Shown one piece after another: positions 17,408 to 26,957 of a stretch of DNA of 64,000 nt. The notes beneath the pieces were generated by a model that worked only from the letters and a program-made list of their open reading frames with translations, ran no database searches and had not been told where the DNA came from. The translations under genes and the position numbers were made by a program. How positions within the stretch are numbered: the stretch's first letter is position 1; each line of letters opens with the position of its first letter. The DNA comes from a virus, in IMG/VR virus record IMGVR_UViG_3300005537_000022, positions 1 through 64,000 of that record; one strand, 5' to 3'.

Positions 17408-18057
17408 GGCTGCCGCCGCTTCGCCAGGGCGCGCTCGAGCACGTCCTGGAGGAGGGCGTTCTGCTCCAGGAGGGTGCCGATGACGGGATGGGCGCGCTGG
17501 AGTTCCTCCCGGGCCGCGCGGGCTTCCGCGAGCGCGGCCGTGATCTGCTCCGCCGCGGCGAGGCCGGGTGCCGAGGGGACGGCCGCGGCGACTTCCGCGG
17601 CGGCCTCGCTGCCGACGTACCGGGCCTCGGCGGTGATTACGGCCTGCTGGTAGGCGGCCCCGGCGCGGGAGTCGGCTTCCCAGTTGAGCTCGGTCATGAG
17701 GCACCGGTAGTACTCCTCCATCGGGACGCTCCCGCTGGCGATGACGTAGCGGCAGGCGGTGCCGTCGTCGTCGGGCGGCAGGAAGAACGCCGGGATGGGG
17801 ATGCGGAAGATGCTGGCCAGGTCGGCGAGTTCGTCGGCGTCGAACTTGCGGACCCGCCTGCCGTCCCATGACCGCTCGGCCGCCGACACCGCGGTCTTGG
17901 TCCAGCCGCCGAGCTCCGCGCCGAGCTGCTCCTGGGTCATGCCGGCCGCGCGCCGCCACCGGGCGATGTTGTAGGCGACGAGCATGTTCACGGTGATCGC
18001 GCGTTCCGGCGGGGCCGCCCGGCCCGGTTCCCTGCCCGCGTCGCTGATGTCATCCAC
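17404..18057 (-). CDS. XRE-family HTH immunity repressor
   Basis: NIARWRRAAGMTQEQLG...VSAAER; co-transcribed with int; TATGCT 6 nt before GTG (leaderless). Confidence 0.85.
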   Translation of the reverse strand: MDDISDAGREPGRAAPPERAITVNMLVAYNIARWRRAAGMTQEQLGAELGGWTKTAVSAAERSWDGRRVRKFDADELADLASIFRIPIPAFFLPPDDDGTACRYVIASGSVPMEEYYRCLMTELNWEADSRAGAAYQQAVITAEARYVGSEAAAEVAAAVPSAPGLAAAEQITAALAEARAAREELQRAHPVIGTLLEQNALLQDVLERALAKRRQP

Positions 18058-18089
18058 GGGCGGAGCATAACCGGTCAGGTCTGCGCGGG

Positions 18090-18199
18090 GACAGACTTTC
18101 CGTCAAGGTCTGGCGTGTTGCGGTAAATCGCGGTGCGGTGCGGTAATGTCGGCGCGATGGCAGACTTCACTGAAAGTCTGCGTTGTGACAGACTTTCCG
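18090..18199. promoter_or_regulatory. immunity switch operators
   Basis: CAGACTT..AAGGTCTG (18092-18112), GCAGACTT..AAGTCTGC (18160-18181), and GACAGACTTTCCG repeated at 18090 and 18187. Confidence 0.7.
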
Positions 18200-18453
18200 C
18201 GCGGGAGGCGCGCATGATCCGCAATCCCATGACGGTCGACGAGCTGCGGGCGCTTCCCGCCGCCGTGCCGATAGCCCTCGCCTGCCGGGCACTGGGCATC
18301 GGCATCACGAAGGGCTACTACCTTGCCAGGAACGAGCGGTTCCCGGTGCCGCTGAAACCGGTCGGCGGCGCGAAGTACCGTGCCCAGCGCAGCGCGATCC
18401 TCGCCTACCTCGGCGTCTCGGAAACGGCACCCGGCCGGGAGATCGCAGCGTGA
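18157..18453 (+). CDS. excisionase/Cro-like HTH protein
   Basis: DELRALP..V.I..A.RALGIG.T..Y.LAR..FPVP; divergent from repressor; start may be further downstream. Confidence 0.8.
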   Translation: MADFTESLRCDRLSAREARMIRNPMTVDELRALPAAVPIALACRALGIGITKGYYLARNERFPVPLKPVGGAKYRAQRSAILAYLGVSETAPGREIAA

Positions 18454-19139
18454 GCGAGAAGACCCCGGCCGCCCTCTACCGCGTCTTCGGCGCCGAGGAC
18501 ATGCTGCTCTACGTCGGCATCAGCGAGGATTTCGGCACGCGCTGGAAGCAGCACGCGAAGATCCAGCCCTGGTGGGACGAGAAGCGGCGGCTCACGGTCG
18601 ACTGGCACGAATCGCGGCCGGAAGCCGAGGCAGCGGAGCGCGCCGCCATCAAGGCAGAGAAGCCGAAGTACAACCTGGTGCACGCAGTCACCGCCGAGGC
18701 CGCGGAGCGCCGCAGGCGGAGGCGGCCGGCCGCCTCGCTGCCGGCGGCGCGGCGAGTCCCGCCCGGCGGCCTCCGGCTGTCCATCCCGCGGCTTGAGCAG
18801 ATGGAGCCGCTGGCGTCCCTGGCCGGATTTTCCGTGCTGAGCTACTTTCCGGTACCTGAGGCCGGCGACCCGGGCATCGAAGCCTGGGCGGCGGGCCTTT
18901 ACGCCGACCTGACCCTTGCCCATGCCCGCGGGCTGCACCGGATGGGGGCGATGCTGGAGAATTCGCGGGATGCCGAGCGCATCGCGGGCACCCCCGAAGC
19001 CGCCGCGGTCGCCAGGAAGTTCCGCCGCGGGCTGTACGGTTTCACCGGCATCCCGTGCCCGCGCTGCTCTGGCGCGCCGCCCTCGGGCATGACCTGCCTT
19101 GAATGCGGCTCCGGCGCCGTCGCGGATGCCGCCGCGTGA
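18450..19139 (+). CDS. GIY-YIG nuclease-domain protein with C-terminal Zn ribbon
   Basis: ALYR..LLYVGIS...RWKQH...E..AI..EKPKYN; CPRC..CLEC. Confidence 0.8.
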   Translation: MSEKTPAALYRVFGAEDMLLYVGISEDFGTRWKQHAKIQPWWDEKRRLTVDWHESRPEAEAAERAAIKAEKPKYNLVHAVTAEAAERRRRRRPAASLPAARRVPPGGLRLSIPRLEQMEPLASLAGFSVLSYFPVPEAGDPGIEAWAAGLYADLTLAHARGLHRMGAMLENSRDAERIAGTPEAAAVARKFRRGLYGFTGIPCPRCSGAPPSGMTCLECGSGAVADAAA

Positions 19140-20623
19140 CCCCTTACCCTGCGGGCGCGGACACCGTCCCCCTGCCCCTCGCAGAACCGTCAACCGGCCC
19201 GCCGACGGGCGGGCAGCTCGCCGCCCTCGGCGCCCTGCGCCGGGTCGCGGAGGAGCAGGCCCGCGGAACGGCGCAATCCCCGCCCCACCGTTCCCGCGGC
19301 GAGCGGCTGCGCCCCCTCATCGCGGCCGGGGTCATCACCGGGACCGTGCTCGGGATCGTGATCGGCATGCGCGCCGCATGGCACCCGGGCGGGCGGCCGG
19401 AGGTGCGGCTCGGCTGGTACGGCACCGCGGTGTCGCTGCTGCTCGGGTCGAAGCTGCTGCTTTCGCTGCTGGCCCGCCCGGTCCCGGACTCCCCGCGGGC
19501 GCGGGCCCTGCTGGCCCGCGCCCGGGTCGCCGCGGTGATCACCCTGTACAACGAGGACCCGGCCGCGTTCGCCGCGTGCCTTGACTCGCTGCTGGCGCAG
19601 ACGTCGATGCCCGCCGCGGTGACGGTGGTCGACGACGCGTCCGCCGGCCCGCGGTGCGCGGAGCTGGCCAGGTCGCGGGTAGGGGAGTTCGCCGCCCGCG
19701 GCACGCTGCTGCGGGTCGTCACGTTCCCGGAGAACCGGGGCAAGCGGGAGGGGCTCGCCGCCGGGTTCCGCGCGGATCCGGAGGCGTTCGCGTACCTGTG
19801 CGTGGACAGTGACACGATCCTGGCCCCGACGGCGCTGGAGCGGCTGATGCGGCCGATGACGTCGCGGAAGGTCCAGGCGGTGACCGGGTGCGTGCTGGCC
19901 GCGAACCGGGACAGGAACGTGCTCACGCGCCTGATCGACCTGCGCTACGCGTACGCGTTCCTGGGCGAGCGCGCAGCGTACAGCGTTCTCGGCTCGGTGC
20001 TGTGCGTGTGCGGGAGCCTCGCCCTGTACCGCGGCTCGACTGCCCGGAAGTACCTGCCGGCGCTGACCGGGCAGCGGTTCCTCGGCCTGCCGTGCACGTA
20101 CGGGGACGACAGGCACATGACGTTCCTCTGCTTGAAGGAGGGGAAGGTGGTGCTCGCGCCGGACGCCGTGGCGTGGACGCTCGTCCCGTACCGGATGGGG
20201 CATTTCCTCAGGCAGCAGCTCCGGTGGAGCAAGAGCTTCTTCCGCGAGTCGGCGTGGATGCTGGCCAGGATGCCGCCGTGGCGTGCCTGCTGGTGGCTGG
20301 CCCTGGTCGAGACGGTCACGTGGCTCGGGTTCACCGCAGCGCTCACCTGGTCGCTCGCGGTCCGGCCGGCGTTCACCGGCCAGTTCGCGGCGCTCGCCTA
20401 CCTGGCGTCGGCCCTGCTCCTGTCATATGCGCGGGCCGGTCATTACGCGCGGGCCGAGCACCCGGGGATGACCTGGCGGGGACGGCTCCTGACGCTGGCG
20501 ATCGCCCCGCTGTACGGGGCGATCCACATGGTCCTGCTGCTCCCGCTGCGCCTCGTCGCCCTGGTCACGCTGCGCGACCCGAGGTGGGGGACGAGGAAGA
20601 CAGTCGAGGTCGAGGCATCATGA
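19136..20623 (+). CDS. processive GT2 glycosyltransferase (hyaluronan synthase/NodC-like)
   Basis: YNED, VDD, NRGKRE, DSD, GDDR, QQLRW, WGTR motifs; N- and C-terminal TM helices. Confidence 0.92.
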   Translation: MTPYPAGADTVPLPLAEPSTGPPTGGQLAALGALRRVAEEQARGTAQSPPHRSRGERLRPLIAAGVITGTVLGIVIGMRAAWHPGGRPEVRLGWYGTAVSLLLGSKLLLSLLARPVPDSPRARALLARARVAAVITLYNEDPAAFAACLDSLLAQTSMPAAVTVVDDASAGPRCAELARSRVGEFAARGTLLRVVTFPENRGKREGLAAGFRADPEAFAYLCVDSDTILAPTALERLMRPMTSRKVQAVTGCVLAANRDRNVLTRLIDLRYAYAFLGERAAYSVLGSVLCVCGSLALYRGSTARKYLPALTGQRFLGLPCTYGDDRHMTFLCLKEGKVVLAPDAVAWTLVPYRMGHFLRQQLRWSKSFFRESAWMLARMPPWRACWWLALVETVTWLGFTAALTWSLAVRPAFTGQFAALAYLASALLLSYARAGHYARAEHPGMTWRGRLLTLAIAPLYGAIHMVLLLPLRLVALVTLRDPRWGTRKTVEVEAS

Positions 20624-21555
20624 GGACCCGCATCCTGGCTGTCGCGGCGGCCGTCTCGGCGTGCGCGATGGCGGCGGCCTGCACGGCGGCAGTCCGCACC
20701 GGGGACGCGCCCCGCGCCGCCGCGGCCGTGCCCGCGGTGACGGCACTGCCCGCGCATCCCGTGGGCATCGTGACCGGGGACCTGGCCGGGTTCGGCGCCC
20801 GCTGCGGGTGCTCGCCGGATCTCGCCGTCAGGTACGTCCGCTGGGGCGAGACCGCGCAGTCAGCCGGGCTGGCCTACGACCTCGGGCGGGGGGCGGTGCC
20901 GCTCGCGGAGCTGGAGCCGTACGGGGTGAGCCTGGCGCAGGTCGCGGACGGCTCCGGGGACGGGTACCTGGCGGCGTTCGCACGGCAGGTGTCCGCGCTG
21001 CGCGGCCCGGTGCTGCTGTCGTTCGCGCCCGAGGCCAACAACGACTCCTACCCGTGGGGCTGGCGGCGTTCGGGCGCCGCTGAGTACCGGGCGGCGTGGC
21101 GGCACGTCGCCGCCGTGTTCCGCGCGGCCGGGGCGCGGAATGCGCGGTGGGCGTGGATCGTGAACGCGGCCAGCATCCACACCGGGCCGCTGCCGCCCCT
21201 GTGGCCCGGCCCGGGAATCGTCTCGTACATCGGGATCGACGGGTACGCCACCCATGAGTACACGACGTTCGCCGGCCTGTTCGGGCCGACGATCGGGCAG
21301 GTCCGCCGCCTGTCCCGCGTCCCGGTGCTGATCACCGAGACCGCCGCCGACCCGCAGGCAGGGCAGGCCCGGTGGATGGCCCAGGTGACGGCCGGAGTGC
21401 GCTCCTACGGGGCGGCGGGGTTCGCCTGGTTCGACGTCGACCAGGAGAACGGCATGGACCCGGACGCCCCCCGGGGAAACCGGCACGACTGGTCTCTCGA
21501 CGGCGACCCGGCGGCCCTCGCCGCGTTCCGGGTAGCAGCGGAGGCGGCGCGGTGA
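20620..21555 (+). CDS. GH26 family glycoside hydrolase, probable secreted lipoprotein
   Basis: signal peptide with AAAC; FAPEAN..YPW, WPG..YIGIDGY, LITET. Confidence 0.85.
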   Translation: MRTRILAVAAAVSACAMAAACTAAVRTGDAPRAAAAVPAVTALPAHPVGIVTGDLAGFGARCGCSPDLAVRYVRWGETAQSAGLAYDLGRGAVPLAELEPYGVSLAQVADGSGDGYLAAFARQVSALRGPVLLSFAPEANNDSYPWGWRRSGAAEYRAAWRHVAAVFRAAGARNARWAWIVNAASIHTGPLPPLWPGPGIVSYIGIDGYATHEYTTFAGLFGPTIGQVRRLSRVPVLITETAADPQAGQARWMAQVTAGVRSYGAAGFAWFDVDQENGMDPDAPRGNRHDWSLDGDPAALAAFRVAAEAAR

Positions 21556-21806
21556 CCGTCTTCCTGGTCGCGTACGGGCTGTTCTTCCCGCCGGCGTGGG
21601 GATTCTGGTACGCGCGGTTCCTGCGCCGCCGGGGGATCAGGGCGTTCAGCGGGCAGGCCTACTGGTTCATCGGCGGGGTAACGGTGCTGGCCGTGTTCGC
21701 CTTCGCGGGCAGCCCGGCCGCCGTCGTGGCCGCCGACCTGTCCGCCATCGCGGCGTCCGTCGCCCTCGGGGTCCGCTGGGAGCTGGGCAGGAGGCGGGGA
21801 CGGTGA
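21552..21806 (+). CDS. small membrane protein (3 TM)
   Basis: hydrophobic helices; GTGA coupling. Confidence 0.65.
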   Translation: MTVFLVAYGLFFPPAWGFWYARFLRRRGIRAFSGQAYWFIGGVTVLAVFAFAGSPAAVVAADLSAIAASVALGVRWELGRRRGR

Positions 21807-22147
21807 CGATCGCGGAAGGCGTCGTGGCTGCGTGCTGGGCGGCCACGATCGTGAATATCGGCGTGGCGAGGCGGCGCGGCTTCATGTCAGGCGTGGCGCG
21901 CATGGCCTGGGTCTCAGCCGCCTCTTACGGCACTGCGGCGCTGTTCCTCGCGCTGGGGCGCGACTGGCCGGCGGCCGGCGGGGACGCCGCGCTTGCCGCC
22001 TTCTGGCTGTGGCTGTGGTGGCGCGGCCGGCGCGGGAAGCGGCGCAAGGCACTCAAGGCGATCGGGGACAAGTCCCGGGCGGTCCTCGCCGCGATGGCAA
22101 GGAACATGCCCCGGCCGGCTCCCCGGCTGGCACCGCAGAGCGCATGA
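21803..22147 (+). CDS. small membrane protein with basic tail
   Basis: 3 hydrophobic helices, WWRGRRGKRRKALKAIGDKSRA; GTGA coupling. Confidence 0.7.
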   Translation: MTIAEGVVAACWAATIVNIGVARRRGFMSGVARMAWVSAASYGTAALFLALGRDWPAAGGDAALAAFWLWLWWRGRRGKRRKALKAIGDKSRAVLAAMARNMPRPAPRLAPQSA

Positions 22148-22214
22148 AAAAACGGTTCCGGCCGCACGGAAGCAGCCGGAACGGCTACACGATCAGCCAA
22201 GGAGGAGTTCGCCG

Positions 22215-22727
22215 ATGTCCCTGTACGACGCGGCCGTCGCTGACGGCCGCCAGCATGAGCGAGGCGCTGTACTGCTCGCGATCCTCGGGAACCCTGTCGT
22301 CGCGCGGTTCCGGGACGCATGGGTGGAGAAAAGCGGCGACGGCCCGGTCATCGCCATCTACACGAGGCAGGGCGGCGGGAACCGCGAGTGCTACTGCGAC
22401 GGCGGCGACCCGGGCCGGGCCCACGTCCCGGAGCAGTGCTACGCCGCCTGCAACGAGGCGCTGGCCGCCCATCCGCTGTACCTGCGGGACGCCGACGACG
22501 GATTCGATGCCACGTACGCCACGTTCTACTTCCGGGTGCCCGGTGAATACCGTGACGCGCTCGCGGAGGCGGCAGGCGACCCGGTGGACACCGATGCCCG
22601 CTGGCGGGAGGCGATCGAGCGCATCCGGCGCGGCGAGATCCGGCCTGCGGAAACCGCGATGATGGACCAGATCGCAGCCGCGCTCGGCGACCCGTCACCG
22701 GACAGCCCCAAGATCATCAGGATCTAG
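22215..22727 (+). CDS. conserved phage hypothetical protein
   Basis: RFRD..IYTRQGGGNRE...HPLYLRD.DD.FD.TYA motif; AGGAGGAG RBS. Confidence 0.75.
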   Translation: MSLYDAAVADGRQHERGAVLLAILGNPVVARFRDAWVEKSGDGPVIAIYTRQGGGNRECYCDGGDPGRAHVPEQCYAACNEALAAHPLYLRDADDGFDATYATFYFRVPGEYRDALAEAAGDPVDTDARWREAIERIRRGEIRPAETAMMDQIAAALGDPSPDSPKIIRI

Positions 22728-22732
22728 GGCAC

Positions 22733-22996
22733 ATGATGTCGGGCGGGCAAGAACCCGGGCGCGAGGCGGCGCGGGAGGGCTTCCGGACTGTTACGGAGTC
22801 CGGGGAGCAGATCGTCGTGGTTGACGGCTATAGCTACCGCTGGCGTGGCAATCCGCTTGCCGTCGGGGATCGCGTCATGCTGCCCGAGAACTGGCTGAGC
22901 GCACTGAAGTACGGAAGCGGCCCGTTCCCGGGAACTGTAACCGGCATTGGCAGCAGCTATCAAGGCGAGCTGGCGGCGGTTTTGCGCAAGCTCTGA
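22733..22996 (+). CDS. hypothetical protein
   Basis: ORF with lower GC3, ends before the terminator. Confidence 0.55.
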   Translation: MMSGGQEPGREAAREGFRTVTESGEQIVVVDGYSYRWRGNPLAVGDRVMLPENWLSALKYGSGPFPGTVTGIGSSYQGELAAVLRKL

Positions 22997-23009
22997 TGCT
23001 GGGCACGCG

Positions 23010-23054
23010 AAAAAGCGCCTCCCGCGAGCCTGTGACGGCTCACGGGAGGCGCTT
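23010..23054. terminator. intrinsic terminator between converging transcription units
   Basis: AAGCGCCTCCCGCGAGCC / GGCTCACGGGAGGCGCTT stem; A5 on + gives a U-tract on the - strand. Confidence 0.85.
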
Positions 23055-23202
23055 CGGTACGGTGCCGGTCCGCAGGCGTGGACCTTGCGGCGGGATAAGG
23101 CTTAAGGCTCGCTAACGCGGGAAGCGCCGCCGGGCGGCCCGTGTGAAAGGCTGCCCGGCGGCGCTTCGCCGTGAAATCGCGAGAGCTGTTGCGACAGGAA
23201 GC

Positions 23203-23472
23203 TTACAGTGCCGCGATCATCGCCAGGATGCGTTCCGCGTCGGGGATCAGCCCGGCGATGGCCTGCTCGACGGCGGGGTCGGCCTTGGCGGCGGCGAGGA
23301 TCTTCGGCAGGTACGCCTCGATCTCGGGGATGACGGCGCGGGCCTTCTCCGCGTCGGCGGCGATCGTCTTGAATCCGGGAACGAGGTGCTCTTCGACCCA
23401 GCCGGCGAACCCGGACGGGTGGGTCGAAGGGGCGGGAGGGGCCGGGACCGGGGCTGAGGTGGGGGTGTTCAC
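23203..23472 (-). CDS. small helical hypothetical protein
   Basis: GGAG RBS before GTG; high GC3. Confidence 0.6.
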   Translation of the reverse strand: MNTPTSAPVPAPPAPSTHPSGFAGWVEEHLVPGFKTIAADAEKARAVIPEIEAYLPKILAAAKADPAVEQAIAGLIPDAERILAMIAAL

Positions 23473-23536
23473 GGGGCTTGCTCCGTTCGGTTCGGGGGCT
23501 GGCGCGGGGAGCGCGCGAGTGCGGGAGGATGGGTGC

Positions 23537-23791
23537 GTGAGCGGCCAGGACGATAACGATGCCTTCTGGCGGCGCAAGATCGCCGAGGCCGATGCGGCGG
23601 GGGGCCCGGTGAATGTGCGCCTCGGTGACATTCCCAAGGTTCCGGGTGCCAGCGCGGCGTTCGTCCTTCCGCGCCAGGATGTCACCAGAGGGCGGAAGGT
23701 GATCCTCGACTGCCACGGCCAGGTGATCACCGAGACGTCCGAGGACGTGGTCCTGACCTTGACCGTCTGGTCGCCGGCGGGCCGTCAGTAG
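23537..23791 (+). CDS. antisense-oriented small hypothetical protein
   Basis: GAGGAT-N6-GTG; fills the gap between two - strand genes. Confidence 0.5.
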   Translation: MSGQDDNDAFWRRKIAEADAAGGPVNVRLGDIPKVPGASAAFVLPRQDVTRGRKVILDCHGQVITETSEDVVLTLTVWSPAGRQ

Positions 23792-26700
23792 CTGACGATC
23801 TCGTAGTAGACGGTGCTCGTGTCCGTGGCGGACGAGCTGTTGACCGTGAAGCTGGTCCCTGCCGTCAGCGCGACGGACAACTCGCCGAGGGTGCCGCCCG
23901 CGGCCTGCCGGTTCAGGCGGACAATCGAGCCGGCCGTGATCTCAGTGTTCGCCACGGTGACGGTGCCCGCCGCCAGGGTGACGGTGCCCGATGCGACGGA
24001 CGGCATGGGCGGGACGGCATCCTGCGCGCCGAACCAGGTGACAGCGGTTACCTGGTCGGCCAGGAACAGCAGCCCGTCCAGTGTTGTGGCGAAGCCTCCC
24101 ACGGGGTAGGGCGGCGAGCCGTTGCCCGTCTGGAAGTTCAGCGCGGCCGACTGGGCGGCGGTCAGGCCGTAGGCGGCTTTCTGGACGCCGCCGACGTACA
24201 GCGCGACCCATACGGGGACGCCGAGGGCGTTGCAGATGACCTCGATCCCGATCGTGACGGTGGCCGGCGGGGTCACCGTGGCGGCGCTGGCGATGAGGGT
24301 GGTGAGGGTCGTGCCGGCCCCCGTCACCAGATCAATGGCTCCCCCGCCGTGGACATGGGCGCCGATCCAGTTGTTGGCGTTGGTGCCGCCCCGGCACCAG
24401 CCGGCGATAAGCGCGACGTTGAAACCCGATGAGGGCAGTACGAACGTTGCCGATGTCAGCCGGGAGACGCCGTTTTCCTTAGTCGGAACCAAGGCGATTG
24501 AATTTCCCGACGACGTCGATTTCAGGCCGGTGCCGCTGGTGATCGTGAAAGTGTTCTGGTGCAGTGACCAGGGGTGGAACGTCGGGTTCGTCAGGCCCAA
24601 TGACGTCATCGGGGAATAGATGCGGCTGAAATTGTCCTGCGGGTGGATGCCCTTCCAGCTCTGGTCACGGTACCCGCCGGCGTTGACGATCTCCAGGCGG
24701 CCGAGCAGGTTGCTCGCCCCGGCGGTGCCGAGTGACAGCGGGAAGCTTCCGCCCGTAACGCTGTGGACTTTCACGCTACCGACGAACGAGCCGTTGTTGC
24801 CGTTCGGGTTCGGCTGGCTCACGAAAGCCGTCATCTGGACGGAGTTGTACTCGTAGTCGAGCGTCCCGTATACCCTGACCGGATTAGAGGACAGGTCAGT
24901 GGTCGCGTTGAAGATTATCGCGCAGTTCTCGACGTCAAGCTCATTGAAGAACAGGCCGTGGCCGGTGTTGGTCGTCGTCGCGTTGATGACGATGTTAGCG
25001 AAATAAACGCTCACATAGTCGAGCAGCATATGCTCGCCGAACCGGAAGGCGATCGGGAGGTTGCGGAATCCGCACTGCTCGAAGACGTTCATTCCCTCGC
25101 TTTCAAATCCGGGGATGACGATCGCCTCGTTGGTGCCGGTCAGCGTCTGCGCCCCGTCGAATGAGGTCATTCCGTACAGCCGCCGGCCCCTGATGGAAAG
25201 GCAGCACAGGGCGTTGACGATGCCGCACTGCGGGTTGGACGGCAGCTCGACGGTCACGTCCTCAAATGCGAGGGTGACATTGGTCCACGGCTGCGGGGCC
25301 GAGAAAGCGGTGTTGGCGGGGATGCAGTCGAACACCCATCCCCCCGTCGCGTTGGAGACCAGTGTCACGCCGCCGCTGATAGGGCGCTCCTCGCCGGGCC
25401 ATCCCGGTGACACCATCCCCTTGATCGTTATCGCCAGGCCGGTGGTGTCCGACGCCGACACTGCGGGAACGAGGATCTGGCCGTTGTAGGTGTAGCCGAG
25501 CACGGTGGCGCTCTGCAGCGCGCCGTTGATCGTGTACGTGCCGGGGATGCTGATGACGACTTCGCCGCCGGTGCCCGCCGTGGCGAGCGTGTTCAGTGCG
25601 CCCTGGATCGCGGCGGTCACGTCATTGCCGGGGACGACCCCGTAGGCCCGGCAGATGTCGATGCTCGCCGGGCTGCTCAGTGCGTTGCCCGCGTTGTAGG
25701 CGGTGTTCGCGGCCAGGTACCGGGTGTCGAGCTGCGTCAGCGCCAGGTCGTCGGCAAGGACGTACCAGATGCCGCCAGATGCCTTGTACTGGAGCAGAAG
25801 CCCCTGGGCTAGAAGGGTCAGCGTGGCCGAAGTGGCACCGGCCGTCTTATTGAACACGTCCGAGCCCGCGCAGGCGACAGTGACCGTGCTCGTGCCGCCC
25901 TGGATCACCATCTTGACGCCGACGACGGTCAGGTCCGCCGGGGCGTTCGGCAGGGTGACGGTGAAGGACCCGCCCGTCGTGTCGCACGGCACGTAGTCTC
26001 CGGCCGCCGCACTGTAGGCGGACGTCTTGACCGCTGTCGGGGTGAGCAGGCCCGCGAAGTTCCGGGTGCTGCTGCCAGTGCCGCCCTGTCCGATCGTGAC
26101 CGTGTTCCCGCCCGCCGGCGTCTGCCCGAAGGCCGCGCTGTCGGTGCTGGCGGACCCGTTGGCGAGGCCGGTGAGCTTGTGCCCGTTCATCGGCACGCTG
26201 CCCGCCGTCGCGTTAGCGCCGGCGATGGCCGACAGGTCGTCCGTCGAGGGGAGCGCGCCGACCTGTGCCGCCGTGTAGTCTCCGGACTGCGCCGTCACCG
26301 CTCCCGTGCGGCCGAACACGCTGGCGACCGCGCCGCCGGTCCCTGGCGGCACCGCCCACGTCCCGTCGCCCCGCAGGAACTCGGTGCTGCCGCCCGGCGG
26401 GGCGGCGACAGGGGTGCCCTGGATCTTCGCCACCGTCGGCGCGGTCGCGGTGCCCCCGATGTCCCCTGCGGGCGGGAGAATGCCGGCCGGCCCGGGGCCG
26501 GTATTCGCCAGGGCGAACAAGTCGACGCTGGACGGGGTATGCGGGAGGAAGAACGACCACGGGGCGAGAACCTCGCCGGCCAGGGTGACGGTCACGGTGT
26601 AGAACGCGAACGACGTCTGGCCCCCGAAAGTAAGGCCGCCCTGGTCCGTGGCCAGGAGCTGGAGCGTCCCGCCGGACAGGTTCTTCAGGGTGCCGTTGAC

Positions 26701-26847
26701 GATCTCGCCGACCACGGGCACGCCCGGCTGGAGGACGGGGATGCCGGCGGCGTACACCGTCGTGTTGACGGCGAACGACGCCGTCCCGGAAAGCGGGCTG
26801 CCCTGGGAATCCTGGAACGTCCCGGTGATCTGGGTATACAGCAGCAT
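23785..26847 (-). CDS. large tail fiber/tailspike-like protein with beta-helix domain
   Basis: 1020 aa G/T/S/A-rich; FLRGDGTW, VASVFGRTGAV tail repeats; YG..DVTAAIQGALN pectin-lyase-type start; lower-GC variable middle. Confidence 0.8.
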   Translation of the reverse strand: MLLYTQITGTFQDSQGSPLSGTASFAVNTTVYAAGIPVLQPGVPVVGEIVNGTLKNLSGGTLQLLATDQGGLTFGGQTSFAFYTVTVTLAGEVLAPWSFFLPHTPSSVDLFALANTGPGPAGILPPAGDIGGTATAPTVAKIQGTPVAAPPGGSTEFLRGDGTWAVPPGTGGAVASVFGRTGAVTAQSGDYTAAQVGALPSTDDLSAIAGANATAGSVPMNGHKLTGLANGSASTDSAAFGQTPAGGNTVTIGQGGTGSSTRNFAGLLTPTAVKTSAYSAAAGDYVPCDTTGGSFTVTLPNAPADLTVVGVKMVIQGGTSTVTVACAGSDVFNKTAGATSATLTLLAQGLLLQYKASGGIWYVLADDLALTQLDTRYLAANTAYNAGNALSSPASIDICRAYGVVPGNDVTAAIQGALNTLATAGTGGEVVISIPGTYTINGALQSATVLGYTYNGQILVPAVSASDTTGLAITIKGMVSPGWPGEERPISGGVTLVSNATGGWVFDCIPANTAFSAPQPWTNVTLAFEDVTVELPSNPQCGIVNALCCLSIRGRRLYGMTSFDGAQTLTGTNEAIVIPGFESEGMNVFEQCGFRNLPIAFRFGEHMLLDYVSVYFANIVINATTTNTGHGLFFNELDVENCAIIFNATTDLSSNPVRVYGTLDYEYNSVQMTAFVSQPNPNGNNGSFVGSVKVHSVTGGSFPLSLGTAGASNLLGRLEIVNAGGYRDQSWKGIHPQDNFSRIYSPMTSLGLTNPTFHPWSLHQNTFTITSGTGLKSTSSGNSIALVPTKENGVSRLTSATFVLPSSGFNVALIAGWCRGGTNANNWIGAHVHGGGAIDLVTGAGTTLTTLIASAATVTPPATVTIGIEVICNALGVPVWVALYVGGVQKAAYGLTAAQSAALNFQTGNGSPPYPVGGFATTLDGLLFLADQVTAVTWFGAQDAVPPMPSVASGTVTLAAGTVTVANTEITAGSIVRLNRQAAGGTLGELSVALTAGTSFTVNSSSATDTSTVYYEIVSY

Positions 26848-26910
26848 TGGGCCGCGCCCTCCATTTCACAGGTGATCCGGAACAGGGGAAGGGCACGGGG
26901 TGAGGGCATG

Positions 26911-26939
26911 AAAAAAGCCCCGTGCCGGACGGCAGGGGC
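26911..26939 (-). terminator. intrinsic terminator after endolysin
   Basis: GCCCCTGCC/GGCACGGGGC stem followed by T6 on - strand. Confidence 0.8.
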
Positions 26940-26957
26940 CTCGGGAAGCGGCGCGGG

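Noticed and set aside
15905-17653. Long + strand ORF (similar ones at 26922-28667, 39204-41228, 48857-51178, 50497-52650, 57473-59479)
   Set aside because: Stop-poor shadows of real high-GC genes on the opposite strand, with no motifs.
17408-17959. N-terminal extension of integrase to 671 aa
   Set aside because: Overlaps the repressor in another frame; the GTG at 17407 coupled to the repressor stop is the better start.
19136-20623. Definite hyaluronan synthase (hasA) call
   Set aside because: Motifs are shared with NodC and chitin-type synthases, and no UDP-glucose dehydrogenase is present; the product cannot be assigned from sequence.
23785-26847. Diversity-generating retroelement target
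   Set aside because: No reverse transcriptase and no TR/VR repeat pair seen in the window.
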